Source: Syntrophomonadaceae bacterium
GTDB lineage: Bacteria; Bacillota; DSM-12270; Thermacetogeniales; Thermacetogeniaceae
DNA: 24,000 nt
Direction of reading: 5' to 3'
Assembly (NCBI GenBank): GCA_012840385.1
Contig: DULK01000096.1
Span: forward strand, 6,354 to 30,353
The notes beneath the pieces were generated by a model. It saw only the letters and a list, made by a program, of their open reading frames with translations, was not told where the DNA came from and ran no database searches. Numbering within the stretch: the first letter of the stretch is position 1; each line of letters starts with the position of its first letter. Shown in pieces: positions 23,058 to 24,000 of the stretch. The position numbers and the translations under genes are program-made.

Positions 23058-23936
23058 GTGAAATCTGTGACATCTTACATCATTATAGGAACTCTATCTT
23101 ACGCAAACGAAGTCCGGGAACGGTTAAACTCCGAGTTGAATTTTTTATCCGGCGAACGTTTTGCGTTTGAGTGCGATGAACAAAAAGACCCACCGTGGTC
23201 ATTTTTTATTCTTCGTGCTCAGCGTGGCAATAAACAGGGGGAAAGAAAATTTGCCATCCGGTTTGCAGTTGCGAAGGCGATCTCCGACCTGTTTGTAAAT
23301 TATATGGAATCGGCCTATGTAAGAGAATATATAAACAGGTCTTATAATTATCTCTCCCCCCATGACAGGGAGGAAGTAGTAAACCGCGCCCTCGAAACCA
23401 TGCAAAAGCTCAGAATGGTTCGCAGGAACAGGATCCTGCAGAACCTCTATGATTATCTGGGCGATCATCAGACTTTAATGGTTGAGGGATATGCCAGATT
23501 CCGCCTTAAGGAGTACTGGGGCCAGCTGCAGCGGATGGTGAAGCGGACCGTCCAGGAATTCGTGGCTGCCAAGGATTACCTGGAATTTGTCCGGTTACTT
23601 CGCTGTTTTATCGACTTGCAGGAGCCGAAAATTAATGAAGTTCACGTCTTTATTACAACCGAGGGAACTTTCTATCTCTGCGACGAGAGAGGAAACGTCA
23701 TCAGGAGGGAACACCTGCGCACGCCTTCTTTTACCGTAATTGACGGTGAATTTAATTATAAGGACTACCTCCTGAGCATGTTGATTACCCTCTCACCGAA
23801 AAACATCATATTCCACGTTTCAGATAAGATCTGGAACTGTAATCCGATCCAGACAATCCAGCAGGTTTTCTGCAACAGGATCGCTCGCTGCCCCGGTTGT
23901 GAAAAGTGCCGGCATTTATATATGCATAACAATTAG
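23058..23936 (+). CDS. ytxC: YtxC-like putative sporulation protein
   Basis: The segments EGYARFRLKEY...EFVAAKDYLEFVRLLRCFIDLQEPKINEVHV match my recollection of the YtxC family. A second GTG at 23067 is better spaced from RBS GGAAGGGG and may be the true start. Confidence 0.7.
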   Translation: MKSVTSYIIIGTLSYANEVRERLNSELNFLSGERFAFECDEQKDPPWSFFILRAQRGNKQGERKFAIRFAVAKAISDLFVNYMESAYVREYINRSYNYLSPHDREEVVNRALETMQKLRMVRRNRILQNLYDYLGDHQTLMVEGYARFRLKEYWGQLQRMVKRTVQEFVAAKDYLEFVRLLRCFIDLQEPKINEVHVFITTEGTFYLCDERGNVIRREHLRTPSFTVIDGEFNYKDYLLSMLITLSPKNIIFHVSDKIWNCNPIQTIQQVFCNRIARCPGCEKCRHLYMHNN

Positions 23937-23952
23937 TGGCGGCGGGTGCTTA

Positions 23953-23982
23953 TTGACAGGCCTGCCGGGAGAGCCGTATAAT
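23953..23982 (+). promoter_or_regulatory. near-consensus sigma-A promoter reading out of the right window edge
   Basis: TTGACA (23953-23958), an 18-nt spacer and TATAAT (23977-23982) lie immediately after the ytxC stop. Confidence 0.6.
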
Positions 23983-24000
23983 GCTCCTAAAGCTAAATTG

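Noticed and set aside
1-24000. CRISPR arrays, IS elements with terminal inverted repeats, integrase/transposase genes, rRNA
   Set aside because: I scanned for regularly spaced direct repeats, transposase- or integrase-like ORFs and rRNA-like conserved blocks, and found none in this window.

Overview
The window looks like a Bacillota (spore-former type) chromosome, because a ytxC homologue is present. It falls into three parts.

(1) nt 1 to ~7950 is a compositionally foreign block.
- It starts with the C-terminal ~600 aa of a DUF1156/COG1743-type amino-DNA-methyltransferase, which is cut by the left edge of the window.
- Next come a 911-aa DUF499-type P-loop ATPase (BrxC/PglY-like), a small unknown ORF and an ADP-ribosylglycohydrolase.
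- The last ~1.5 kb is very GC-rich and almost gene-less. Its only credible gene encodes a 104-aa SWIM zinc-finger protein.
- The block ends at a 59-nt 3' fragment of a tRNA-Leu(UAA) with its own terminator. I read this as an att remnant, which would make the block a tRNA-integrated defence island.

(2) nt ~8100-12250 holds ordinary genes: an AbrB-like small protein, a cyclase/kynurenine-formamidase family protein, an FAD-dependent oxidoreductase, an L,D-transpeptidase and tRNA-Val(GAC). A 0.6-kb AT-rich stretch without genes follows the tRNA.

(3) nt 12256-22729 is a minus-strand K+ homeostasis locus.
- It contains kdpE, kdpD, kdpC, kdpB, kdpA and a 28-aa kdpF that is missing from the ORF track.
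- The kdp promoter carries a KdpE box close to my recollection of the E. coli site.
- A frameshifted thioredoxin-fold remnant and a KimA-type K+ transporter complete the locus.
- The KimA-type gene has a long leader in which an 8-bp helix could sequester its Shine-Dalgarno sequence.

ytxC and a near-consensus promoter lie at the right edge.

All family calls come from motif and sequence recognition by eye. No database search was run.
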